64,000 bases of DNA from an uncultured bacterium (GCA_965649955.1 CBFGMX010000001.1:16032-80031); one strand, 5' to 3'; positions 1-9,473 are shown, counted from the stretch's first letter. Translations and numbers: made by a program. The notes: generated by a model not told the origin, from the letters alone.

Positions 1-409
1 GGCGACCGCGTCCGCGGAGATCAGTACGGCCACGCACAACATGCGTTTGCAGTCGGATCAGGTTGCCAAGGCAATGCGTGAACAAGCGCGAACAACGCAC
101 GAGATGAGTATCGGTGTTGCGAGTGTTTCAAAAGAAGCGTTGCGGATCACGAATTCCAATCGCAACCAGCTCGAGGCGGCTGAGAAGATTCGTGACGCGG
201 TAAGAGAACTTCGCGACATAACCAATCGCAACGCCGAAGGCGTTAAAGAAACGTTGATCAGCACGTCGGGACTCGTGGACCGCGCGCGCCAACTCGGCGA
301 GATCATGGACACCTTGGTCGTCGGCAACGGCGTTCCACACTCGCCACCGGCGAGCAAACCGAAACGGAAGCGCCCCAGCAAATCAGTGGAAACGGACCGT
401 TCGCAGTAA
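1..409 (+). CDS. methyl-accepting chemotaxis protein, C-terminal fragment (5' end lies upstream of the window)
   Basis: The frame is open from base 2. The translation ATASAEISTATHNMRLQSDQVAKAMREQ... resembles the conserved MCP signalling and adaptation helices. The rest of a che operon follows 12 nt downstream. Confidence 0.75.
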   Translation, partial: ATASAEISTATHNMRLQSDQVAKAMREQARTTHEMSIGVASVSKEALRITNSNRNQLEAAEKIRDAVRELRDITNRNAEGVKETLISTSGLVDRARQLGEIMDTLVVGNGVPHSPPASKPKRKRPSKSVETDRSQ

Positions 410-421
410 CCCAGGTACCTC

Positions 422-2602
422 GTGACCAGCACGCAAGCGTCAGTAGGCGTTTTTACAACAGATACTCATCTCGTTATTAAGGTATGGGACGCCGCGCTGG
501 CGCGGCTCACCGGTATCAGCGACGAGTCTGCCTGTGGCCAGGCGTTGACTACATTCCTGCCCGATCTCGAGAAACGCGGCTTGTTGAAACGCTTTCAGCG
601 ATCGCTTAACGACGGCGTCGTCGAGGTGCTGGCAACCGCGTTTCATCACTACCTGATCCCTTGTGCTCCGGTCACTCCTTCGAAACACTTCGACAAAATG
701 CAGCAACGCGTAACTATCGCGCCGTTGCGTGACGACGAGTCGATCGCGGGACTTATCGTCACCATCGAGGACGTTACTGAGCGGCTGGAGCGTGAGCGCG
801 AACTGGCGGCGCACTTGGCCCAGGGTGACGAGGCGACGAGGTTGAGTGCGGCTGAAACGCTGAGCGACGATCAGTCCTACGACGCAACCTCTTTACTTGG
901 CGCACTGAGTGACGAGAGTTGGCGCGTTCGTCGTGTTGCGATCCAGGGAGTGGCGCAACGTGCCGCGCCTGAGGCGATCTCCGCGTTGTTGAGCTCGGTC
1001 GTCGAGAACCATCACAATCCTTCGCTATTGAACAGCGCGCTTCAGGTGCTGGCCTCGACCGAAGTCGACACTTTTTCGCCGTTGTTGGACCTGTTGCAGG
1101 GTCCCGATCCTGATCTAAGAATGCAGGCGGCACTGGCGTTGGGTGAACAAAGCGATCCGCGTGCAGTGCCTGCGCTGATCCAGGCGTTGAATGACGACAA
1201 TGCCAACGTGCAGTATCACGCGATCGAGGCGCTGGGAAAACTCAAGGCGGTTGATGCGGTGAATCGAATCGTCGAAATCGCCGAATCAAAAGATTTCTTT
1301 CTTGCATTTCCCGCACTGGACGCGCTCGCTAAGATCGGAGATGCGCGCGTTGCACCTCGCATCGCGCCGCTTCTCGAAGACGAACTCCTGCGCGAACCAG
1401 CAGTCAACCTGTTGGGCCAACTCGGTGACGATGCTGCCGTCGTTCCGCTGACGGCGTTGCTAAACAAGCCGAATGCTCCCGCGGATGTGATCGCCGACGC
1501 ACTCGCCAGCCTGAGCGATCGCTACCAGGAACAATATCAAGAAGGCGCATACATCGCCGATCTGACCAGCCGCGAAATTTCGCCGACAGGCGTCCAGAAC
1601 CTGCTGGAAGCACTGGAGACGCCCGGCAAAGAAAACCTGCGTTCGATCGCATTGGTCCTTGGCTGGCTTAAACGACCCGGCGTCGATCGCGCGCTCACGC
1701 GATTGATGGGCCGCGTCGATCTTCGCGACAACATTATCGAAGCGCTCGTGCGTCATGGTTCTACGAACGTCGATCTGCTGATGTCGCAGTTAACGGCGGA
1801 AGACCTGGAGGTGCGGCGGTCGGCGGTTGTGGCACTCGGACGCATCGGCGACCCGAGGGCAACTTCAGCGCTCGTCAACATACTCGATGACGAGTCGCTG
1901 GCTATCGACGTGGCGAATGCACTCGGCCGGATCGGAGATCCACAAGCGGTCGATGGACTACTGAACGTGATCGGCAGCGGCGATGCATCGATCAGACAGG
2001 CAGCGGTAAGCGCCCTGAACTCGCTGGCGGATCCGTCAGTCGCGAAACGTATCGTTCCGCTGCTCCACGACTCCGATCCGAACGTTCGCGAATCGGCAGT
2101 CAGAGTTGCGGGTTACTTTGGGTATCCCGAAACGGCAAGTGAGTTAGTCGAACTAAGCCGTGATCCCGACGAGAGCGTCAGATGCGCCGCGATCGAGCAC
2201 CTGCCGTACGTGGAGGACGTGCGCGCGTTTTCCGTCCTCACCCACGCAATGCAGAAAGACACGCCTAAGGTTCGCGCGGCCGCCGCTCGTGCGTTGGGAA
2301 ACACGGACGGTCCGCAGGTCGTCGATCAGTTAATCAACGGACTCGAGGACGATGACGTCTGGGTGCGCTATTTCAGCGCGCGTGCATTGGGCCGCCAAGG
2401 GTCGGAAAAGAGCATCGACGCGTTGGAGAGTGTGCTCGAGAGGGAGAAGTTCAATCATGTTCGGATTGCTGCGCTGGATGCGCTGGGCCAAATAGGTGGT
2501 CAACGCATCGCCGGCATTGTTACGGAATATGTTAAAGACGACGATCCGGACGTGGCGCAAGCGGCCCGGGCCGCGGTCGATAAGAGTAGAAAAAGCGGGT
2601 AA
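422..2602 (+). CDS. PAS domain protein fused to a long array of HEAT_PBS-type repeats
   Basis: GTG start. N-terminal PAS ends in IVTIEDVTERLERE. At least a dozen repeats of the type D-x-VR-x-A-x-ALG-x-IGDP-x-AV-x-L follow, for example EVRRSAVVALGRIGDPRATSALVNIL. Confidence 0.85.
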   Translation: MTSTQASVGVFTTDTHLVIKVWDAALARLTGISDESACGQALTTFLPDLEKRGLLKRFQRSLNDGVVEVLATAFHHYLIPCAPVTPSKHFDKMQQRVTIAPLRDDESIAGLIVTIEDVTERLERERELAAHLAQGDEATRLSAAETLSDDQSYDATSLLGALSDESWRVRRVAIQGVAQRAAPEAISALLSSVVENHHNPSLLNSALQVLASTEVDTFSPLLDLLQGPDPDLRMQAALALGEQSDPRAVPALIQALNDDNANVQYHAIEALGKLKAVDAVNRIVEIAESKDFFLAFPALDALAKIGDARVAPRIAPLLEDELLREPAVNLLGQLGDDAAVVPLTALLNKPNAPADVIADALASLSDRYQEQYQEGAYIADLTSREISPTGVQNLLEALETPGKENLRSIALVLGWLKRPGVDRALTRLMGRVDLRDNIIEALVRHGSTNVDLLMSQLTAEDLEVRRSAVVALGRIGDPRATSALVNILDDESLAIDVANALGRIGDPQAVDGLLNVIGSGDASIRQAAVSALNSLADPSVAKRIVPLLHDSDPNVRESAVRVAGYFGYPETASELVELSRDPDESVRCAAIEHLPYVEDVRAFSVLTHAMQKDTPKVRAAAARALGNTDGPQVVDQLINGLEDDDVWVRYFSARALGRQGSEKSIDALESVLEREKFNHVRIAALDALGQIGGQRIAGIVTEYVKDDDPDVAQAARAAVDKSRKSG

Positions 2603-2605
2603 ATC

Positions 2606-3457
2606 ATGGTGTTACGTTCACAGAATTTAGTGTTACCTGAGGGCGCGAGCACTCTGATTCAAAACCTCATCCACGAACGCACCGGTATGTCTTTCGACAA
2701 CGGCAAGCGCGACTTGCTAATCGACAAACTCTCGCCACTGGTTATCGAACGAGGTTTCACGTCGTATCTCGACTATTACTACCTGTTGAAATACGACACC
2801 GCAGCGTGCGTCGAATGGCGAAACGTGATCAATGCGCTGTCCGTACAGGAGACCTACTTCTGGCGAGAGATTGATCAGGTGCGATGCCTGGTCCAAACCT
2901 TATTGCCACAATGGCATGCCCAACATCCGCGTTCGACTTTACGCATTTGGAGCGCCGCCTGCGCCACAGGCGAAGAGCCGTTGACGATTGCCATGGCATT
3001 GAACGAAGGCGGGTGGTTTGAACGCGCGTCCATTGAGATCGTGGCCAGCGACGCGAGCTCAAAAGCAATCGACAGGGCCCGCGAAGGTGTCTATCGGGAG
3101 CGTTCGTTTCGAAATTTACCGGCCCACCTGCGCGACCGTTATTTCGAGCAGGACGGTTCGACCTGGCGCATCAAAAACGACATGCATCAACGGGTCAAGT
3201 GGAGCCTTGCGAACCTGATGGAGGATAACGAGATCGCCCCACTCGCAACCGCGGACGTTATTTTCTGTCGCAACGTTTTCATCTACTTCTCAGAAAACGC
3301 CATTCGTCGCGCGGTCCGTTCTTTTGCACGGTATATCCGGCCTCCAGGCTATCTCTTTGTCGGCGCTGCGGAATCCTTAATCCGATTGACGACCGATTTT
3401 AACCTTGTCGAAGTCGACGACGCCTTCGTGTATGTGAAGCGCGAGAAAGTAATCTGA
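2606..3457 (+). CDS. cheR: chemotaxis protein methyltransferase CheR
   Basis: ETYFWRE and the SAM-binding motif WSAACATGEEPLTIAM are present. The ATG lies 3 nt after the upstream stop. Confidence 0.92.
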   Translation: MVLRSQNLVLPEGASTLIQNLIHERTGMSFDNGKRDLLIDKLSPLVIERGFTSYLDYYYLLKYDTAACVEWRNVINALSVQETYFWREIDQVRCLVQTLLPQWHAQHPRSTLRIWSAACATGEEPLTIAMALNEGGWFERASIEIVASDASSKAIDRAREGVYRERSFRNLPAHLRDRYFEQDGSTWRIKNDMHQRVKWSLANLMEDNEIAPLATADVIFCRNVFIYFSENAIRRAVRSFARYIRPPGYLFVGAAESLIRLTTDFNLVEVDDAFVYVKREKVI

Positions 3458-3471
3458 CGAACGGAGCATTG

Positions 3472-4527
3472 ATGGATCGAGTCTTGAAAGTTGTGGTGGT
3501 CGACGATTCCGCTTACGTGCGGAAGGTGGTTCGTGAGATCCTGTCGCGCAGTCCGTTCGTCGAAGTTGTCGGCACGGCGCGTGACGGTCGAGAAGCACTG
3601 GATGTCGTAGAACGTCTCGATCCTGACGTGGTCACATGCGATCTCATCATGCCGGAACTTGATGGCGTCGGGTTTGTGCGCGAGCAAATGCAGCGGCGGC
3701 CCGTACCGATCATTATTATGAGCATCGCCAACGAGACTGCCGAAGCTGCTTTGACGGCGCTCGATCTGGGGGCGATCGATTTTGTGCAGAAGCCGACAGC
3801 ACTCGCGAGTGAGAAGATCTTCGAAGTCAGCTCAGAATTGATCGAGAAGGTCAAAGCAGCGGGAAGCATCGCGCTCAACAGGATCTCCAGTTCAGCGTCA
3901 TCTCAAAACACGGAGACGCCGGCACGAGAGCCCGGGCCGCGGATTGCAGGAAGTCACGCGGTTGACATGGTCGTGATCGGTATTTCGACTGGTGGGCCAC
4001 AGGCGCTTAAGCGTTTGATACCCCAGTTGCCGGCGGACTTTCCTGTTCCGATCGCAATGGTGATGCACATGCCGCTCGGTTACACCGAGATGTACGCGGC
4101 CAAGTTGAACGAACTATCGCAGCTTGAAGTACGAGAGGCAGCCGATGGAGATGAGATCAAACCGGGACGGGTTTTTCTTGCGCGCGCGGGTCGCCATCTG
4201 AAATTATCACGCGTTGCGAACGGCAAAGTCATCACCCAACTCGATGCCAAGCCTTTTGATTCATTGCATCGGCCGGCGGTCGACGTGTTGTTTCAATCGG
4301 CTGCGGAAGTTTATGGTAGTCGATTGTTGGGTGTGGTGATGACGGGAATGGGATCTGATGGAAAGCAGGGAGCGGCCTGGATCAAATCGCAGGGCGGACT
4401 TGTGTTCACCGAGGCGGAGAGTAGTTGCGTCGTCTACGGAATGCCGTCCGTCGTCATGGAAGCCGGACTGAGTGACCGAAGTGTCGCTCTCGACGACATG
4501 GCGCGGGCCATCAGGGAGGTTGTATGA
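3472..4527 (+). CDS. cheB: protein-glutamate methylesterase CheB (REC + methylesterase)
   Basis: REC domain (VVVVDDSAYVRK...CDLIMPELDG) and esterase motifs GISTGGPQAL and GMGSDG. ATG at 3472, preceded by GGAG. The ORF track begins one codon earlier at a TTG. Confidence 0.92.
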   Translation: MDRVLKVVVVDDSAYVRKVVREILSRSPFVEVVGTARDGREALDVVERLDPDVVTCDLIMPELDGVGFVREQMQRRPVPIIIMSIANETAEAALTALDLGAIDFVQKPTALASEKIFEVSSELIEKVKAAGSIALNRISSSASSQNTETPAREPGPRIAGSHAVDMVVIGISTGGPQALKRLIPQLPADFPVPIAMVMHMPLGYTEMYAAKLNELSQLEVREAADGDEIKPGRVFLARAGRHLKLSRVANGKVITQLDAKPFDSLHRPAVDVLFQSAAEVYGSRLLGVVMTGMGSDGKQGAAWIKSQGGLVFTEAESSCVVYGMPSVVMEAGLSDRSVALDDMARAIREVV

Positions 4528-4907
4528 GCGCAAAGATTCTCATTGTCGACGACTCGGCCCTGTCGCGGAGGACGTTGCGGCGAATCCTCGAATCCGGCGG
4601 TTACGACGTCGTGGAAGCGAACGATGGAATGACTGCGCTCGAAACGTACTTTTTGGAAAAACCGAACCTGGTGTTGCTGGATCTGGTGATGAAAGGAATG
4701 TATGGACTTGATGTCTTGACGAAGTTGCGTGAGATGGATCCGAAGGCGCTCGTTGTGGTTGCGAGCGCCGACATTCAGAGCTCGACGCGCAAGCTGGTTG
4801 ACGAAGCAGGCGCGCTTGGATTTATCCATAAGCCTTTTGTTTCAGAACAAGTGATTGCGGCTACCGAGGCAGCTCTCGCGGAAGGAGCCCCGAGTGAAAC
4901 TAACTGA
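4524..4907 (+). CDS. cheY: CheY-like single-domain response regulator
   Basis: KILIVDDSALSRR...LLDLVMKGMYG...HKPF. Overlaps the cheB stop by 4 nt. Confidence 0.85.
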   Translation: MSAKILIVDDSALSRRTLRRILESGGYDVVEANDGMTALETYFLEKPNLVLLDLVMKGMYGLDVLTKLREMDPKALVVVASADIQSSTRKLVDEAGALGFIHKPFVSEQVIAATEAALAEGAPSETN

Positions 4908-5508
4908 GCGACAGAGGGACGCGCTTTCCGAACTCATCAACATAGCGTTCGCGCGCACCGGAGCCGCTCTGTCCGAACTGACAGGACATCGAGTGATGCT
5001 CAATCCACCGGCTGTCGCTGTTTATCGGACTGAAGAATTGCGCGAAGCGCTGGCGAAATTTGTTCCGGGAGACGTGGCTTCGATTCATCAGGTGTTTGCC
5101 GGACCGGTCGCGGGCGATGCGTTGTTGTTGTTGAACTACGAAGGCGCCGTGCACCTTACCGACCTGCTCACAGATGAAAACAACCCGTCGAACTTTCTCG
5201 ACGAATCTGCGCGCGAAGTATTGACTGAAGTCGGCAATATTCTTTTGAACGCGTGCCTCGGAATGTTTGGCAACTTGCTGAACGTACGCGTTACGTTTTC
5301 CGTCCCGCGCCTTCATCTCGAGTCGCTGGACGAGTTGCTCGCGTCGCTCACGACGGACAAAGAGATGCATTACGCGCTCGTGGTCTACACTGCGTTTCAG
5401 ATTCGCGACAGTTCAGTTAAAGGATTTCTGGTGATCGTGTTGAGCGTTGCTTCGCTCGATCGCCTGATTCAGGAAGTGGATGCCTGGGAGGCAGAGCAGG
5501 GTAAATGA
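4894..5508 (+). CDS. cheC: CheC-family CheY-P phosphatase
   Basis: Two copies of the CheC active-site pattern (D/S/E)-x3-E-x2-N-x22-P: DALSELIN...NPP and EVLTEVGN...FSVP. The likely start is GTG at 4894, overlapping the cheY stop. The track start at 4855 would overlap cheY by 53 nt. Confidence 0.8.
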   Translation: MKLTERQRDALSELINIAFARTGAALSELTGHRVMLNPPAVAVYRTEELREALAKFVPGDVASIHQVFAGPVAGDALLLLNYEGAVHLTDLLTDENNPSNFLDESAREVLTEVGNILLNACLGMFGNLLNVRVTFSVPRLHLESLDELLASLTTDKEMHYALVVYTAFQIRDSSVKGFLVIVLSVASLDRLIQEVDAWEAEQGK

Positions 5509-7211
5509 CGTCGCAAGCACAGCGTACTGGCGTAGCGACTGAAGCGATCGGAATGACAGAAACAGGTTCCAGGGAAACATTACTCAACGCCGCGGTCCGG
5601 CACTGGATGCACGACCTGGCGGCGCAGGGGATCGTTGCGACCGACGGCGCGTTGAAGGTCGTCGAGTGGAACCACTGGATGGAGGAGCACACCGGAAAAC
5701 GTGCGGCTGAGATCATCGGTAAAAATCTGCTCGAGCTCTTTCCCGAACTCATCGAACGCCGCCTCGATCGACATTACAGATCGGCGCTGGAAGGTGAGGT
5801 GAGATTGTTGTCGCAAGCTTTGCACGGCTACCTGATCGCCATGCCTCCGGTATCCGGCGAACATCGCTACGAGCAGATGCAACAGGCGGTGCGAGTCTCG
5901 CCACTCAGTCACGAAGGCCGAATAATCGGAACGCTAACGATTATCGAGGATGTAACTGAACGTGTAGCGCGGGAAGCGGAACTGCAAGCCCAAATCGAAG
6001 ATCGATCGCGGCTCCTTTCGAATGAAAAACAAGCGCGCAGTGAAGCGGAGCGAGCCAATCGTTTGAAAGACGAGTTTCTCGCGACGATCTCCCACGAATT
6101 GCGTAATCCGTTGAACGCGATCATGGGCTGGGCGCACATGTTGCGCCTTGGCAAACTGACTCCCGCTAACGTCGAGCGCGCCGTCGAAACGATCTACCGG
6201 AATGCGAAATCTCAGAGTCAACTGGTCGCCGACCTCCTGGACGTGTCGCGCATCATTTCCGGAAAGCTCCGGCTTGACGTGCGAACAGTCGACCTGATCT
6301 ACATCGTCAATGCAGCGATCGATTCGATTCGTCCGGCGGCGGATGCAAAAGGTATTCGGCTGCAAACGATACTGGATCCCGCCACTGGTCCAATTTCCGG
6401 CGACGCCGATCGACTGCAACAGATCGTTTGGAACCTCTTGACGAACGCGGTCAAGTTCACGCCGAAAGGCGGCAGTATAGAAGTCAAGGTGCAGCGCCTC
6501 GATTCGCATGTGGACGTCGTTGTGAGTGATTCAGGCATGGGCATTCGCAAAGAGTTTCTACCTCACGTTTTTGATCGTTTTCGCCAGGCCGATGCGAGCA
6601 CGACGCGCATACACGGTGGTTTGGGACTCGGTCTTTCCATCGTTCATCAACTCGTCGACCTTCACGGTGGAACGGCGAGTGTGCAGAGCGAGGGAGAAGG
6701 GAAGGGCGCTACCTTCACGATCAGTCTGCCGTTCGCCGGCGTGGTCAGCAACCAGGACGACGCTGAGCCCGCTCACCCGGCTCACGGGCACGAGATGGTT
6801 ACTCTCGAGGGTTTGCCTTCACTCGAAGGACTCAAAGTGTTGGTCGTAGATGATGAGGCTGACACGCGGGAGTTGATCCGCGAAGTACTTAAAGAGTGTG
6901 GTTCGGAAGTGATAACGAGTGGCTCCGTCGAGGAAGCGCTGGTGGCACTGGAAGAGCATAAGCCGGACATTCTAATCAGCGACCTGGGAATGCCTGACGA
7001 GGATGGTTACTCATTGATCTCAAAGATTCGCGCACTACCTTCGGATCGCGGCGGACACATTCCGGCGGCCGCACTCACCGCGTACGCACGGGCCGAAGAT
7101 CGCATGCGCGTACTTCGTTCGGGATTCCAGTTTCATCTTCCCAAGCCGATCGATTCCGCTGAGTTGGTGACCGTCGTCGCCAGTCTCGCGGGCCGCGCGT
7201 ACAAGGGCTGA
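5505..7211 (+). CDS. hybrid sensor histidine kinase (PAS-HisKA-HATPase-REC)
   Basis: H-box FLATISHELRNPLNAI, G-boxes DSGMGI and GGLGLGLSI, C-terminal REC VLVVDDEADTRE...ISDLGMPDEDG. ATGA overlap with the cheC stop. Confidence 0.9.
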   Translation: MTSQAQRTGVATEAIGMTETGSRETLLNAAVRHWMHDLAAQGIVATDGALKVVEWNHWMEEHTGKRAAEIIGKNLLELFPELIERRLDRHYRSALEGEVRLLSQALHGYLIAMPPVSGEHRYEQMQQAVRVSPLSHEGRIIGTLTIIEDVTERVAREAELQAQIEDRSRLLSNEKQARSEAERANRLKDEFLATISHELRNPLNAIMGWAHMLRLGKLTPANVERAVETIYRNAKSQSQLVADLLDVSRIISGKLRLDVRTVDLIYIVNAAIDSIRPAADAKGIRLQTILDPATGPISGDADRLQQIVWNLLTNAVKFTPKGGSIEVKVQRLDSHVDVVVSDSGMGIRKEFLPHVFDRFRQADASTTRIHGGLGLGLSIVHQLVDLHGGTASVQSEGEGKGATFTISLPFAGVVSNQDDAEPAHPAHGHEMVTLEGLPSLEGLKVLVVDDEADTRELIREVLKECGSEVITSGSVEEALVALEEHKPDILISDLGMPDEDGYSLISKIRALPSDRGGHIPAAALTAYARAEDRMRVLRSGFQFHLPKPIDSAELVTVVASLAGRAYKG

Positions 7212-7252
7212 AAGAACCCCCAAATCCTGGACTGTACAGGTAATATTGGCTC

Positions 7253-7864
7253 ATGTTGGTCCGAAAACAGGGGTTCCTGGCCGCCGCCGTCTTTGTTGCT
7301 CTCCTTTTACTGCTGTGGTTACTGCTCGCGTTGGATTGTCCGCCCGCTGGGATAGCACTCACACCCAGGGCGCGAGAGCTTCACCGGTTAAAGAACCGGA
7401 CCATCATTCCGCAAGCTGCCGACTTCGATCCCGGAGTTACACTCGATGCTTTGCTGCAACGAGGTGACGACCGAAACCGCTGGTCCGTCGATCGCGCTGC
7501 ACGGGTCCGGGGGCTCGTGATCGACGTTGCCTATGCCGGTTCGGAGGCTGCCAACTGTTTCAATCCCTGCCGCCGCGATATTCATATCCTGATCGCGAAT
7601 CGCAAAGAGGCGCCGAAGAGCGAGCAAGTCGTACTCGAAGTCACGCCAAACCTTCGCGACTGGGCTGGCGCAGAAGGAGTCGATTGGTCTGAGGAAACGT
7701 TACAGGCGCAGTTGGTCGGCCATTGGTGTGAATTCGAAGGCTGGTTGTATTTCGACGTCGGTCACGCGGAGGAATCCGAAAACACCGCACCGGGAAATCC
7801 TGAAAACTGGCGCGCGACTGCCTGGGAAGTCCATCCGATTACGAAGATTACAGTGGTTAGATAA
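7253..7864 (+). CDS. hypothetical membrane-anchored or exported protein
   Basis: ATG start and an N-terminal hydrophobic helix (FLAAAVFVALLLLLWLLLAL). No family recognised. Confidence 0.6.
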   Translation: MLVRKQGFLAAAVFVALLLLLWLLLALDCPPAGIALTPRARELHRLKNRTIIPQAADFDPGVTLDALLQRGDDRNRWSVDRAARVRGLVIDVAYAGSEAANCFNPCRRDIHILIANRKEAPKSEQVVLEVTPNLRDWAGAEGVDWSEETLQAQLVGHWCEFEGWLYFDVGHAEESENTAPGNPENWRATAWEVHPITKITVVR

Positions 7865-7884
7865 TCCTCGGTTCTAGCGAGCGA

Positions 7885-8400
7885 TCACTCGTTATCCAAT
7901 AACCGGGTCGTGTGTTCGGTGACGCTTGGACGTTGGGCCAGATCGTTTGTTCTCACTTGTTGCCGGCCGGCGCCGGGTACCGGCACGTTGATAGGTGGAG
8001 GAAGTGCGCCGCGCGTTGCCGTGGAATTTAGCGTGGTGGTTTGAGCTGCCGGGATGTTCACGAGCGGGGGGTTCTTATCGCTGAAGAGTCGCGCATAGAG
8101 CATCATGGCGAGCGAGATGAAGAAAAGCAGGGCTGGAACCGCGATCGGTCCCGGCTCGCCCACCCCGATACTAATTATCAGGAACAGGGGAAACAGTACG
8201 CCGCTGAAGAACATCAACTTCGCTGCGCGCCGGATCCCCTTGCGCCGCGGTGACAAAGCAGTCGTTTGTGCTTCGGCCTGTTTTAAGGGCAGTCGACTAC
8301 CCGCGAGCCACTCCGCCAGGCCGGTGAGCGCGAGCCCACAGCGAGAACAGAACCTCATCTCATCCGAGATTTGCTGCTGACCACAATCAGGACAATACAT
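7885..8400 (-). CDS. zinc-ribbon domain membrane protein
   Basis: N-terminal MYCPDCGQQQISDEMRFCSRCG (two CxxC pairs) followed by two hydrophobic helices. Confidence 0.65.
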   Translation of the reverse strand: MYCPDCGQQQISDEMRFCSRCGLALTGLAEWLAGSRLPLKQAEAQTTALSPRRKGIRRAAKLMFFSGVLFPLFLIISIGVGEPGPIAVPALLFFISLAMMLYARLFSDKNPPLVNIPAAQTTTLNSTATRGALPPPINVPVPGAGRQQVRTNDLAQRPSVTEHTTRLLDNE

Positions 8401-8529
8401 AGGCGTTCAACGTTGGCGATTTTAGCCGAACGAAGGAGAGTACGGTAACAGATTTAAGGATGTTCCTGTTCAACGTGATCGATCGCGGATTTTCAGGCGT
8501 CACGTGTTAACTTTCGTGGTTTTCAATCC

Positions 8530-8556
8530 TTGTTCACAATGGTCGTTAATTATAAT
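8530..8556 (+). promoter_or_regulatory. candidate sigma70-type promoter for the aldo/keto reductase gene
   Basis: TTGTTC at 8530-8535, a 15-nt spacer, and a perfect TATAAT at 8551-8556 in an AT-rich patch. The spacer is shorter than optimal. Confidence 0.3.
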
Positions 8557-8588
8557 GCAGGGTACACAAATTGAATGGTGACTCCAAC

Positions 8589-9473
8589 ATGGAATCAAAT
8601 CAAGCCACTAATCGCGCGCCTCAAGTAAGAACAACCTGGTTACCGTCCGAACGAGCGATGCCTGTGCTCGGCCAGGGAACGTGGAGGATAGGTGAAGATC
8701 GTTCGCGACGCGAACAGGAGGTCGCCGCGCTTCGTCTCGGTCTCGATCTCGGAATGAACCTTATCGATACGGCAGAGATGTACGCCGAGGGTGGAGCTGA
8801 AGAGGTGGTTGGCGAAGTAATCGCGGGCCGGCGCGATAAGGTCTGTGTAGTTAGCAAGGTGTATCCCCACAACGCGACGCGGCGAGGCGCAATTCAGGCG
8901 TGCGAACGAAGTTTGCGACGGCTGAAGACTGACTACATCGACGTTTACCTGCTGCACTGGCGTGGCGACGTTCCGCTTTCAGACACTCTCCAAGCGTTTC
9001 AGATCTTGAAGGAGCAGGGGAGTATCCGGGACTACGGCGTCAGCAACTTCGACGTCGACGACATGGAGGAAGCATTTGCTTTGCCGGGAGGAGACGCGAT
9101 CGCCACCAACCAGGTGTTGTACAACCTTCTGCATCGCGGGATCGAATGGGACTTGATCCCCTGGTCTCGCGAGCGGCGCATTCCGATCATGGCGTATTCG
9201 CCGGTGGGGCATAACGCTGCGGAGCAGAAGCGATTGTTTGGCAACCGGACAATGAAAGCGATAGCGGCACGACATAACGCGACTCCCGCTCAGATCGCAC
9301 TGGCGTGGTTCTTCCGTCATCCCGATATGGTGGTGATTCCCAAGGCGGGGCGGCCCGATCACATTCGGGAGAACCGTGCCGCACTCGATCTCCAACTCAC
9401 CGAACGTGACTTCAAAGAATTGGATGAAGCCTTCCCACCTCCGAAACGAAAGGTGCCTCTGGAGACGCTTTGA
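8589..9473 (+). CDS. aldo/keto reductase
   Basis: LGQGTWRIGE, IDTAEMYAEG, YIDVYLLHWR and IPKAGRPDHIRENRAAL are present. The start is ambiguous: TTG at 8571 or ATG at 8589. Confidence 0.85.
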   Translation: MESNQATNRAPQVRTTWLPSERAMPVLGQGTWRIGEDRSRREQEVAALRLGLDLGMNLIDTAEMYAEGGAEEVVGEVIAGRRDKVCVVSKVYPHNATRRGAIQACERSLRRLKTDYIDVYLLHWRGDVPLSDTLQAFQILKEQGSIRDYGVSNFDVDDMEEAFALPGGDAIATNQVLYNLLHRGIEWDLIPWSRERRIPIMAYSPVGHNAAEQKRLFGNRTMKAIAARHNATPAQIALAWFFRHPDMVVIPKAGRPDHIRENRAALDLQLTERDFKELDEAFPPPKRKVPLETL

